A DNA stretch of 64,000 nucleotides from contig OX597836.1 of NCBI GenBank assembly GCA_951406725.2, forward strand, positions 16,616,001 to 16,680,000, read 5' to 3'. Positions 26,509 to 38,721 of the stretch are shown here, in pieces. The position numbers and the translations under genes are program-made. Numbering within the stretch: the stretch's first letter is position 1; every line of letters starts with the position of its first letter. This DNA is from Octopus vulgaris. Taxonomy: Eukaryota. The notes under the pieces are model-generated. The model was not told the DNA's origin, searched no databases, and saw nothing but the letters and a program-made list of their open reading frames with translations.

Positions 26509-26743
26509 GAATTCTGGTTTAATCACCCCATATAACTTCTCTTAATGTTTTTAGTTTTTGGCAATTTTCAGAAAATTTTTGCAAAACTAAAAAAAAATTT
26601 GTTTTGTCTGATTTAAGACCTATTTAGCTATTATTTTTAGCACAACTCACGATACTTCCCTCATTTTTTTTTTTGTCAGTCTCAAAATTCCCAAAAATAA
26701 AATCAGTTATGAGGGGTTATATGGTGTGCTTAAAGAAGAATTC
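26509..26743. mobile_element. Degenerate MITE with GAATTC.GGT.TAA.CACCCCATATAAC-type TIRs
   Basis: Imperfect inverted ends. A related left end lies at about 23228-23400. Confidence 0.6.
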
Positions 26744-28269
26744 TGCTACCATTGTAATGTTTTAATTACTCTGTGCACCTTACTATTGATATCTGGCAGA
26801 ACTCTATGAAAAAGAAAAATGGCAGCTGTAACCATAGGCACAGTATTTCATTCACTTTTACATTCTTTGTGAAGGTAGATAGCTCAGTGATTAGAGCAGT
26901 GCTTTTCAAACTTTTTGCTGGAGAGGAACCCCAAGGAAACATTCCATGTGTGTTTGTCTGTTTTTGTCCCCTACTTGACAACCAGTGTTGGTGTGTTTAC
27001 CATAACTTAGCAATTCAGCAAAAGACACCAATAAAATAATTACTGTTGATATCTGGCAGAATCAGTAGCATACTGGGCAAAAAATGCCTTGCAGTATTTC
27101 ATTCACTTTTACATTCTTTGTGAAGGTACATAGCTCACTGGATTAGAGCATTGGGATCACAATCATGAGGTAGTGAGTTCAATTTCCAGACTGGGTTGTG
27201 TGTTGTGTTCTTGAGTAAGATACTTTATTTTATCTTGCTCCAGTTCAGTCAGCTGTAGAAATGAGTTGTGACGTCACTGGTGCCAAGCTATATCGGCCCC
27301 TTTGCCTTTCCCTTGGATAACATCAGTGGCGTGGAGAGAGGAAGCTGGTATGCATGGGTGACTGCTGGTCTTCCATAAACAACCTTGCCCAGACTTGTGC
27401 CTCAGAGAGGAACTGTCTAGGAACAATCTCATGGTCTTTACCCTTTACATTCTGAGTTCAAATGCTGCCAGGATCGATTTTGCCTTTCATTTTTTCGAGG
27501 TCGATAAAATAAGTTGCATTTGAGCACTGGGGTCGATCTAATTGACTTAGCCCCTTCCTTGAAATTGCTGGCCTTGTACCAAAATTTGAAACCAATATTT
27601 ATTGACAGTAAACCATAACATATAGATCAGAACTGGGCCCGTAGACTTGTGAGGCTCGCGGGCAACTGCCCGATGTACCCATACCTTAAAGCAATACTGC
27701 AAGCGGGTGGGATAGGATCTACAAGAGGCACACAAGTATAAAAATGAAATGCTGGGGAGGGGCCTTGCGATTGCATAATTAAGAACTGTCTTTAATGTTA
27801 GCAAGGGACATAACTTTGGACAAGGTACTTAACTCTGCTAATATCATTTTAAATAACAGTACACCTGTTTAGGTAATAGTGCAGATGTTGAATATATATA
27901 TTTATATATATATATAATCCCGATGAAGGCACGTGGCTCAGTGGTTAGACTGTTAGTAGTAGTAAAGACGTTTAGCTGATATATTCCAGCCGTTTAACTA
28001 TTAGTAGTAATGACGTTTAATTAATATAATCCAGACGTTTAGCTCATACAATCGAAATAGTATGCATAAAAGATGGAACCCCAATTTCGAGAGCACATAT
28101 TCAGGAAAAAAACTATTGACAAAATTAGTTTATAAGAGGCCCAAGTTTTTGTGTACAGGACATTTTTTGTGGGAGCGGGAGGAGTGCATTTTATATGCCC
28201 TCAAATATGGTATGCCTTAATTCTGACCACCCACCTTAAAATTTGTTCTGGTTTTCTCCTCTTCTGCAG

Positions 28270-28317
28270 GTACGTGGTCAAGTGAACAGATCTTGGAAAC
28301 TAAGGAACATTTACACA
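28270..28317 (+). CDS. SLC25 carrier exon 6 (VRGQVNRSWKLRNIYT)
   Basis: Pyrimidine tract plus CTGCAG acceptor, ACA|GTAAGT donor, phase 0/0. Completes PLEYAKVRGQ and leads into YTG. Confidence 0.9.
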
Positions 28318-28469
28318 GTAAGTTCTGTCTTTCATTTCTTTCTTTCTTTCATACACATTTCCCTTTTTTTTTTCTTTTTTTTTTTACTAGGTCTACCCAT
28401 CACTCGGCTGCTGATAAAAATGTTTGTTAATCATGTGCATACTTTGCTGTAATAGTAAACTGTTATACA

Positions 28470-28679
28470 GTGTGTGGGGCTGAAAAGTTCCTGGCTTTTA
28501 AGGGTATCACAAAAGGTCTGGTTGGAAGCCCAACATTCCAAGCCCTTTTACAGGGCTCAGAAAAACTGAAGGACTGCTGCAATAAGTGTGTGAATCTGAG
28601 AGGGGAATATATTGAATAAAATCATAATTGACTGATCCTCTTTTACCCAAAGCCAGGAACTTTTCAGCATCCCTCATAC
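28470..28679. mobile_element. Approx. 210-bp mariner-derived MITE
   Basis: TIR GCTGAAAAGTTCCTGGCTTT. The interior retains codons NKCVNLRGEYIE*, a mariner transposase C-terminus. Copies at about 18915-19035, 19140-19360, 35978-36205 and 36543-36605. Confidence 0.8.
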
Positions 28680-29028
28680 AATGAAAGTTTCATTAATTAC
28701 TATGGTAACGACTGTCTACCTACCTATCCATCTTTCACCCATACATGTTCTCTTTCTCTCTCAACAACAACATGTCATTATAGCAAACATTTTTTTTTAA
28801 GTATGTGTTGCATTGTCTCTATGTTGGAAGACATACAGAAATACACACACACAAACAACCAAAAAATTATTATTTTGTTATATGAAGTTTTCCTTGTTTG
28901 TTTGTTTTTTAAGCTATGTTGCATTGTGTTGACAGACTTGCACCTAAAATTCCTACATTTTTAATCAAAACTTGTTAGTAACTATGGTGACAACACTTTC
29001 TGTTGTCTATCTTTCACACACACACACA

Positions 29029-29066
<38 letters not shown>

Positions 29067-29444
29067 ATATTTCTCTCTTGACAACAACTTTTTCTCCTCC
29101 CCTTCTAAAAATACATTGTGATGTCTATTTTGATTCCTCCCCTTCTTTCGCTCGCTCTAATACATGTTGTGACAGATGGAGATCCGCTTCTCTTTTACAA
29201 TATAAGATTTTTTTATATCATTCCTTTCATGTGAAAGCACATGGTTAGGTTGTTGATCTCACAACCCATAAGGTTAATAGAGAGAGGAGTCTTGCACATG
29301 TCTGGCATATTTTTTTTCTCTTTTTACATTCTTTCCAATATTTTTGTCTCTGTGTTTGTACCCACCCCAATGTGTGCATATGTATGTACATGTGTGCCCA
29401 CCGTTCAGTCCCTAATATCCATCCTTTTGTCTTCTCTATTGCAG

Positions 29445-29653
29445 GGTTTTGGTGTGACGTGTTGTCGAACCCAGGGCTTGCTCTGTACATATTTTATGCT
29501 TGTTGATTCCGGCCGAAGACATTTCCCAGAACAGTTCAAACGTCCCATTCTTGGACCATTCCTCACATCTGGTATTGCAGCTACTCTAGCCTGGTGGATG
29601 GTTTGGCCCTTGGAATACATGAAATGCCAAGTACAGTCTGGTTACGGCAGTCG
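29445..29653 (+). CDS. SLC25 carrier exon 7 (GFGVTCCRTQGLLCTYF...WWMVWPLEYMKCQVQSGYGSR)
   Basis: TTGCAG acceptor, CG|GTAAGT donor. Contains the third signature PLEYMK. Matches part of ORF 29241..29657. Confidence 0.95.
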
Positions 29654-29664
29654 GTAAGTCACAA

Positions 29665-29925
29665 CTCTAACAGTCACCATGCTATTGTCGCCATCATTGT
29701 CATCATCATCACCATCACTGTCATGACCATCACTACCATCATCATCACCATCAGTGTCATCATCACTACCATCCTCATCATCATTGGTAGCATCATCATC
29801 ATCGTCACCATCATCATTATTGGTAACATCACTAACCATCACCATCACTGCTATCATCATTGTCATCATCATGACCCACTAGCCTTCACCATCATCATTA
29901 TCATAAGTGCTCCATCATGGTCATA
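29665..29925. repeat. Degenerate (CAT/CAC)n trinucleotide tract
   Basis: Directly visible, immediately after the exon 7 donor. Confidence 0.85.
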
Positions 29926-30553
29926 GCCTACTGGCTGATGTTAGTAAAAGAGTAATAAAATATCAGAGTGGGAATGCAGGTGGTGTAAACTGGTTCTATC
30001 AAACCAAATTTTCGAATTCTTGGCTTTATGTTCTGTAATCCCTCACACCAACCATTTTACCAAATACAGACAAGCAAGAGGAAGAGAATGGCCTTTACAT
30101 GGATACTTGACCTGCAAGAAATAGCCATCAGATCTCCTTCAATTCAAGAGTGGCAGATTTAACCCTTTTCGTACCAACTTACTTGAGGCTGCTCTTGGTT
30201 CTATAATAGAATCTTTTCGTTTTGAAGAGATCTAAATTTAAAAGCTTCCATCATAATTTCATGGTGATCTTATGTTCCTAGCACTAACTTAATAATGACA
30301 GAGTTATTTTACTAAATTCTTATTTTCGCAATTAATTGAAACAACGGCAATGTATTTCAACAGAAATATGGTATCAAGCATTCAGGTACTTATTTTATTA
30401 ACCCCAAATGGACGAAAGGCAAAGATGACCTCAACAGAATTTGAATTCAGAATGTAAAGTGAAAAAAAAAAGGCTGCTAAGCATTTTTCCCACCACAGTA
30501 ACGATTCTGCTAGCTTGCTGCCTTATCTTAATAATGATAGTTATTTTACTTAA

Positions 30554-30925
30554 TCTCTCTATATATAAACGGCAGTTTGTCTGTGTGTGTTTCTGTGTGT
30601 CTGTTAGGTTGTACCCTCACCCTGACCACGGCTTTCAACCGATTCTGATGAAACTTGACACACACATAGCCCAATGTCATAATTCAAAACTAACGCAGCG
30701 AAAATTTTGAAAAGTTCCCCCAGTTCTGAAAAAAATCGATAAATTCGACATGGGGTCGAGAATCAGAAACACAAACCACAGGCTGTCTAGGGGACGGAAC
30801 TCGACCTTTTTAACTAAAAAAAAAATTTACCATCATTTTTTCCCAATTTTTTGGCTATAACTCTCTAAAAATGCTTTATAGTTATTTCCCTTACAAACCC
30901 GAGCAACGCCGGGCGATACTGCTAG
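30554..30925 (+). mobile_element. Non-autonomous Helitron
   Basis: Starts A|TC and ends CTAG|T, with a subterminal hairpin CCCGAGCAACGCCGGG and no TSD. Removing it restores TTATTTTACTTAA|TTCTT, matching the host repeat at about 30304. Confidence 0.85.
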
Positions 30926-31166
30926 TTCTTCATAATTTTCAAAATTTATTGAACCAAAGGCAATGTATTTCAACAGAAATATGATAATTAAAAAAAGGGT
31001 GGTGTTAAAATACCTTTGATCAGTTTGGTTAAGGTTTTTTAGTTTGGATTAAGCAACATCTAGCATTTCTTATTTGTACAAAATTTTTACCAATGTTTGA
31101 TGTCTTTATTGCTATAATTTTTTTAATCTTCTCTGTTTATTTTTCTCTTTCTTTTTCTCTCTTCAG

Positions 31167-31341
31167 ACAAATTTCTGTGATTACGCGAATGAGGAATATC
31201 ATAAGAGACAAAGGTGGTTTTTTTGCCCTCTATCGTGGAATATGGCCTGGAACCATCCGCAGTTTCCTGGCCAATGGTATCAGTATGATTGTGATGGCTA
31301 ATGCTCAGAAGAAAGTCTCAGAATGGGGCCTGCGCAATTAG
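31167..31341 (+). CDS. SLC25 carrier exon 8, terminal (QISVITRMRNIIRDKGGFFALYRGIWPGTIRSFLANGISMIVMANAQKKVSEWGLRN*)
   Basis: Long pyrimidine tract plus CAG acceptor; GGFFALYRG motif; TAG stop. Exon lengths 58+154+69+63+73+48+209+175 = 849 nt, giving 282 aa. Confidence 0.95.
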
Positions 31342-31399
31342 TGTGACAAATTTCATGAAACTGAGGACAATAGAGGTGTGACCAAAGAAATAGCAGGCA

Positions 31400-31800
31400 G
31401 AATTAGGAGGCAATACCAGTGAAGCCAGAGACAAAGAAAGGCATAACAGGGAAGAACACCAGTGAAGCTAGGGGCAGTGTAGGTATCATTAGAGGTAACA
31501 CCTGTGAAACCAGGAGCAATTCTAGAGAGAACCTGAACTAAAGGCAATGCCAGTGAAGTCAGGGAAAGTGTTGGCAGAACTAGAGGCAGCACTAGTGAAG
31601 TCAGGGGAAGTGTAGGGAGAACTACAGGGAACACCAGTGAAGCTAGAAGCAGTGTAAGCATAATAAGAAGCAACTCTTGTGATCCTAAAGGCAGTGTAGG
31701 TATAATTAGAGCAACCCCTGTGAAGCTAGAGGCAATGTAGGCAGAACTAGAGGGCAGCACCTGTTGAACCAGAAGCAGTGTGATCATAACTGGAGCCAGT
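31400..31800. repeat. Diverged 42-bp tandem repeat just downstream of the SLC25 stop codon
   Basis: Units resemble CACCAGTGAAGCTAGGGGCAGTGTAGGTATCATTAGAGGTAA, about 9 copies. Confidence 0.8.
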
Positions 31801-32284
31801 AATTGACTGGCCTTCATTTCTAGCAATAATATCCCATTACAGTTTTGCTGAGGTTGATTTTGCCCTTCATCCTTTCAAAGTCGATAAAATAAGTACCAGT
31901 TGAGCACTGGGGTCAATGTAATTGATTTACCCACCTCTCCCAAACTTGCTGGCCTTGTGCCAAAACCTGAAATCAATACCCTACAATAGTACAGTGACGA
32001 GCTGGCAGAATCATCCATTTATCCATCTTTATGGTCTGAGTTCAAATTCCACCAAGAACGACTTTACTTTTTATCTTTTCAGTGTTGATAAAATAAGTAC
32101 TAGTTAAGCACTGGGGGATGATGTATTCAACTTACCCCCTATCCAGAACTTGCTGGCCTTGTGCCAAAATTTGAAACCAAATCCCACAATAGTCTTCCAA
32201 TATATCAACAAAACAATAGCAAGAATTTATATAAAACTCTGTAGGTGTGTACCTGTAAATGTGTATATGAAAATGTCACTTCAT

Positions 32285-32580
32285 CAGTTACAAAGGTGAG
32301 GGTTCCATTTGATCTGATATGAATGGAACAGCCTGCTTGTGATATTAAGATTTAAGTGGCTGAGTACTCCACAGACATTCGTACCCTTAACATAGTTCTC
32401 ATGTGACATGGTTAGCCCTTTTGAAAAACGGGTACAACTCGTTTTTACCAACTGAACGTACTGAAGCAATGTGAAATAAAGTGTCTTGCTCAAGGACACA
32501 ATGTACCACCAGGGAATCGAACTCATAGCCTTACAGTTGTGAGCCGAATACCCTAACCACTTAGCCATGCGACTTCACAG
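32285..32580 (-). mobile_element. tRNA-derived SINE related to family D (CORE-like segment), different tail
   Basis: The minus strand reads GCATGGCTAAGTGGTTAGGG...GAGTTCGATTCCC...TTGAGCAAGACACTT. Confidence 0.7.
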
Positions 32581-32843
32581 ACGTATACATATTTATACAC
32601 ACATTTGGTAAATGTAGTGTATATAGTGAAGCTACTGACAAATCAAGTGAACAGCTACAACCCAGGTTCAATTTCAACCTCTAGATAATTTATTTTCTTT
32701 GGAAAAGACATGCAAGCCACACTTTTCTGTCCTCTCCTACCAACTGAGGTTAGCTTTATTTAACACACTGTCATTTCACATGTGTATCATATATATATAT
32801 ATATACATATACATATACACATATATATATATATATATATATA

Positions 32844-33256
32844 AGTAAGTTCAGCAAAAATTTAGATTCAAATGAATATGGTACTTAATTTAGATGCACC
32901 AGAATTCTGTATGGTGTTATCCATAAAAATCCGTGGGGTGATTATAATCAAAATAAGCAACAAGAATGACTCCGGTAATTTGGTACGATCGTTTCGTACT
33001 ACATCATTTTATTAAATGTTGTAAGTATTACAACAGTTTTAAAATGCTGAGCACTCATCAGCCAATTATAGAGGTTTTCCATTAATACAAAAATTTTCAT
33101 ATCAAGTGGCAATATTATAGAGAAGGTAGATACATAGACAAAGATGTGGATTTAAATTTCAAGAACATTTGAGGTAGTGGAGCTCATCAACTGACTGACT
33201 AAGATTCAGTTGGTCCAAACTACTTTAAGGTTCTGAGAATGAAGAACAAGTGAGAG

Positions 33257-33261
<5 letters not shown>
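32844..33261 (-). mobile_element. Approx. 420-bp insert between (TA)n tracts carrying a hammerhead; Penelope-like or retrozyme-like non-autonomous element
   Basis: Flanked by (TA)n on both sides. A 139-bp segment recurs at 43909-44048 with 3 substitutions. The family assignment is inferred. Confidence 0.55.
32975..33069 (-). ncRNA. Type I hammerhead ribozyme motif, copy 1
   Basis: The minus strand reads TAATTGG-CTGATGA-GTGCT(49 nt)AGTAC-GAAAC-GATC-GTA-CCAAATTA. It has a complete core, stem I TTGG/CCAA, a paired stem II, palindromic stem III ACGATCGT and a GUA cleavage triplet. Activity is untested. Confidence 0.8.
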
Positions 33262-33298
<37 letters not shown>

Positions 33299-33301
<3 letters not shown>

Positions 33302-33599
33302 GAGGCGCAATGGCCTAGTGGTTAGGGCAGCGGACTCGCGGTCGTAGGATCGTGGTTTCAATTCCCAGACTGGGCGTTGTGAGTGTTTATTGAGCGAAAA
33401 CACCTAAAGCTCCACGAGGCTCTGGCAGGGGGTGGTGGCGATCCCTGCTATACTCTTTCGCCATAACTTTCACTCTTTCTTCTGTTGGCCTGCTTGCTTA
33501 GCCAGTGGGGTGGCGTCATTTGAAGGCTAAAACAATGCGAAGCGCATTGTGACCAGCGATGTGTAACAACATCTGATAGCCTGGTCGGTCACGGTGATA
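33299..33599 (+). mobile_element. SINE with a family E head and a different 3' tail
   Basis: The 5' approx. 180 bp match 9328-9510. The tail ...GGTCGGTCACGGTGATA is unrelated to the family E tail. Confidence 0.75.
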
Positions 33600-36500
33600 T
33601 ATATATATATATAAACAATTGCAGCGTGGAAGTGTTTATAAGCCATTTAAGAAACACACAAAACCGTTAGGTTCACTTCAACATTTAAATTTAATTTGTC
33701 GAAATATTTTCGTCGCTTTGAGACCGCGACCTGGACCCAATAATCCTCATACTTGCAACATCTGCAGGCTTCTTTGTAAATCGTTGGCAGGATTCATCCG
33801 GGGGAGCAACTTTATCACTTGTGCTGTGGAGGACAGGTCTTCTTGAGTACAGCAAGGCACCAGATATTTTGGTCCTTTGTCATCGTGCCACACAGTTTGT
33901 CTGAACCTAAAACTCTGTGGTTGAGAAGCAAGCTTCTTACCACACAGCCACAACTGTCCCTATGTTTATTTTTAGAATGACATTGTAAGGCAGGTGTGAA
34001 AGGCTAGATCTAGCCAGTTAGAACATAAGACAGGAAAAATCCTTGAGCAAGGACATGGCCAGTTTATAGGCTAAAGAGTCTTTAAAAATAACCCGCATCA
34101 CAACCCCACTTCAATTTTGAGGGGTTCTCCCTTCATAGGACCCAAAAGCAATCTCATTCCTTGTCAATTTTCTCTGCGGGTCTTAAAAGTAACCTGTTAC
34201 TACCCCATACCCATCGGCATGACATCTAACCCTACCTGCCTAATCACTAGTCAAATGCTATTTTAACTCCTATCCCCAATGACATATCAATATTTCATCC
34301 TATTTATTCAACATAATGGCATAAGGGGTCTTGAGTAACTTGCTTCAGGCTGAAGCAAATTTTTTCTCGATCTTCAAGCCCTGCTCTGCTTTTCAGGGTA
34401 CTGCTTCCACCCCTAAAAGAATCTAGAGGCTGGGTAGGTTGTTAGATGTCTCACCACACACATACAGAATTTACTGCTCACACAGATACATTTGTGCATG
34501 CTTACACATCCTACAAAATTCATTCATACAGGCACACACACACATACTCTTTACTCTTTTACTTGTTTGTCATTTGGCTGCGGCCATGCTGGAGCACCAC
34601 CTTTAGTCGAGCAAAAATCGACCCCAGGACTTATTCTTTGTAAGCTTATTACTTATTCTATCATTCCCTTTTGCCAAAACACTAAGTTAAGGGGACGTAA
34701 ACACACCAGCATCGGTTGTCAAGCGATGTTGGCGGACACGCATATATACGATGGGCTTCTTTTCAGTTTCTGTCTACCAAATCCACTCACAAGGCTTTGG
34801 TCAGCCCGAGGCTATAGTAGAAGACACTTGAGCCAAGGTGCCACGCAGTGGGACTGAACCCTGAACAAATATCATTTTCTATAGCTATGAGTAGACAACG
34901 CTTTGCGTCACACTGATTCTGCCCGCAAATTATGTTAAGAATACACGTCTGTGAAATACTCAGCCACTTACACATTAATTCGGAAGCAGGTAATTCAGTT
35001 AATCAAACTACTGAAAACTCGTCATCAAATGACAGAGATCCGCCATCATCACTACCACTAATATGTATTATATATAGGTGCAGGCATAGCTATGTGGTAA
35101 GAAGGTTGCCTCCCAACCACATGGTTCTGGGTTCAGTCTCACTGCATGGCATCGTAGGCAAGTGTCTTGTAAGAAGATTTGGTTGACAGAAACTGAAAGA
35201 AGTGCATCGTCTATATATATATATATATATATATTAATCAATATCAGGGTAGCAAAAAATTCAAGAGAAATTTTTCGCCACCAGCAGTCCAGTGAGAAAG
35301 AAAAAATAGTCAACAGACTATATAATATACATTCAACAATATTAAGGCCATTCCTTAATATTGTTGTATATATATGTGTGTGTGTGTGTATGTCTTTGTG
35401 TCTGTATTGGTCCCCCAACCATTGCCTGACAATTGGTGTTGGTGTGATTATGTCCCTATAACTTAGCAGTTCAGCAAAAGAAACCTATAGAATAAGTACC
35501 CGGCTTTAAAAAAATAAATAAGCCTGGGGTTGTTTCATTCAACTAAAAACTCGTGGTGGTGCCCCAGCGTGGCCGCAGTCTAGTGACTGAAACAAGAAAA
35601 ATAGATTTAAAAAATTATATATATACATATATATATACACACTCATGCATGTAGAGTTGCCATGAGTGAGGTGCTGCTAGTGTGTAATAATAATACTCAT
35701 TCTCAAACATATACTCAGCTTTAATCCACACACAATTGTGAACAATCACACATACTCAGCTCCTCATTCTCTATGTTTGTCTTCTGTTACAATTACATTC
35801 ACATCTAGAATGCCTCACAGGAATATTAAATCAGCCTCAGTATTTAACTGATGCTCCATTTTATCAATCCTCAGAAAGATGATGAAAAGTAAGAAATCTA
35901 GCTTTGCAGGATTTGAACTTCAAACGTGAAGGACTGTAACATTTTGTCCTGTGCCCTAACAATTCTGCCAAACTTTTTACAAGGGGATGCTGAAAAGTTC
36001 CTGGATTTGGGTGAAAAATAAAAATACAGAAGGATCAGTTAATTATGATTTTATTCAAAATACACTCCACCACCTCAGATTCACGCATTTATTGCAGCGG
36101 TCCTTCAGTTTTTCTAAGCCCTGTAAAAGAACTCTGAAAGTTGGGCCCCCAACTAGGCTTTTCATGATAACCTTGAAGCCAGGGACTATTCAGTACCTCC
36201 TTGTAAATGTTTGTCGGGTGATGGTAAGCTTCTGGTGAGCCAAGTCTGTGACTTGATATTCGGTTAACTCATTCCACTTTGCTTTTACTTTGTACCTAAA
36301 ATTTCTGGCTGTTATCAAAAGCCTGAACAGAGATGGATTCCATCAGGCTCTTGACATGTCCTTCATACACTACATGTAGACAAGTTTTTGTTGGTGACCC
36401 AGTACCCAATATGCTTATATCCATCCATCCATCCATCCACATGTAGTGAGGTGTGTATACATCTATCCATCCCACATTCTGTAGAACTGTACAAATCTCT

Positions 36501-37195
36501 AAATAAATTTTATTCTAAATTTCTCTCTTGTTGTTTCTTATATGTGAGGGTATTGAAAAGTTTTGGGCTTTGGGTAAAAGAAAATACAGGAGGATCAGTT
36601 AATCATAGCTATCCATTGCAGTCACTGGTAAGCATAGCACATTGTACCCCTTGTGGGTAGTAAAGAAATAGGTATGAACATATCCTTCAGCTTCTAGATC
36701 ATTCTACCAGGGCTTTACTCTCATTCAACACAGCAGTTGTGGGCTGAAAGAGGCCTTGTGGCAGGCCCCACACCAGATGGCCATACGTGACTAGGGAAGT
36801 TAGCTTGGAGGATGCCGAGGGACTGCCAGCAAGGGAGAGCACTGGTCGACTCTACAAAAGATGACGCCTCTGGGGCCACAAACTTGGAATGACCTCAGCC
36901 CCATCAAGCAAGAGCATGAAGCCAAGCCTATCTTTGTCACACACATTACACCAGGTTAATGAGAATTGTGACCACAGACAACATTTTCCAGTAAACTCAT
37001 TAGTATTTTTTGAAATTTCAAGATCAAAAGTAAATAAACACCATGAGGCTGTTTTATGCTGTTCTGGAGAAACTGAGAGGAATAAGTAATTGATATTTTT
37101 AGACGAAAAAGGTTATTTGGGTAAGTGTCTTCTGCTATAGCCTTGGGCCAAGTTTTATGAGTGAATTTAGTAGGCAGAAACTGAAAGAGGCCCTA

Positions 37196-37234
<39 letters not shown>

Positions 37235-37277
37235 TAATTATAATCAACGATAAAAGCTATGTAGGATTTTATCAAAA

Positions 37278-37497
37278 GGCGGCGAGCTGGCAGAAACGTT
37301 AGCGCACCGGGCGAAATGCTTAGTGGTATTTCGTCCATCGTTACGTTCCGAGTTCAAATTCCACCAAGGTCGACTTTGCCTGTCATCCTTTCGGGGTCGA
37401 TAAATAAAGTACCAGTTTCGCACTGGGGTCGATTTAATCGACTTAATCCCTTTGTTTGTCCCTTCTATGTTTAGCCCCTTGTGGGCAGCAAAGAAAT
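37278..37497 (+). mobile_element. SINE family B copy with 14-bp TSD
   Basis: TAGGATTTTATCAA is duplicated at 37262-37275 and 37501-37514. Confidence 0.88.
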
Positions 37498-38681
37498 ATA
37501 TAGGATTTTATCAAGTAGCTAGCATGAAAAAAAACCAATTTAGGTAATTTAAAAACCAAATTAAATACTTTGTGTATGTATATATATGTGTGTGTGGGTG
37601 CTTGGCAACTGGCGTTAGTGTGTTTACATTCCCGTTACAAAAGAGACCAATAGAATAAGTACCAAGCTTTAAAAAGTACTGGGGTCGATTTATTCGACTA
37701 AAAATTTTTTCACGGCAGTGCTCCAGCATGACCACAATCTAATGGCTGAAACAAGTAAAAGGTAAAATGTTCTTTGTGCTTATCTGGGTTGTGAAACTTC
37801 TCTGTGGAAAATTCCTCTTTACCCCTTGCTTTTTAACTTGTGTCAGTCATGTGACGATCCATCTGGGGCGTTGCCTAGAAGGATTTTTGTCAAACGAATC
37901 GACCCCAGTACTTAATTTTTATTTTGAGCTCGGTTCCAATTCTATCGGTCACTTTTTGTCAATCTGCTAATTTTATGGGGACATAAACACACCCACACCG
38001 GTTGTCAAGCGGTAGCGGGAACAAACACGTACACAAAGACACACGCACATAAATATACATACATATATATATGTACGACAGGCTTCTTTCTGTTTCCGTT
38101 TACCAAATGCATCCACGAGGTTTTGGTCGGCTCGAAGCTATAAGAGAAGACGCTGGTCCAACGGAGATAAGGCGGCGAGCCGGCAAAATCGTTACATTCT
38201 GAATTCAAATTCCACTAAGGTCGACCTTACCTTTCATCCTTCCAGGTCGATATAATCGACTTACGCATGACCAGAACTTGCTGGACGTAGGCCAAAATTT
38301 TAAACCAATAATCCAAGAGAAATAACTATAACTTTTTTATCCCGAGTTACTTCCCCTTAGTATTGGCTTTACCATATGATAACATTAAGAAAATTGAAAT
38401 GACCTACATCATAATCAGATATATCGATTTGCTATATTAAGAGCAAGAAGTATCAGAGAGACGAAAATTCATCCCAACAGTAGCCAGCAAGAACACTAGA
38501 TGCATTTGGGCCTATTTGAGCATTTTCAATGATGTGTACTTGCAGCAATCCTCTATCAAAATATCCGTCCATGGATCGTACTTAATGTATATACACAGTC
38601 AATAGGCCAGCTACTGTTGTATTTGTCTTGAGATGGTGATGATATCTGATTCTCTGGATGGCCATTGCTGGGACAAATTCA

Positions 38682-38721
<40 letters not shown>

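Noticed and set aside
30644-30655. CTGATGAAAC resembling a hammerhead core
   Set aside because: There is no stem II between the core halves, and it lies inside the Helitron.
31339-31425. Stop-codon read-through extension of the SLC25 protein
   Set aside because: The TAG-T context is not a favoured read-through signal and the frame closes after 26 codons.
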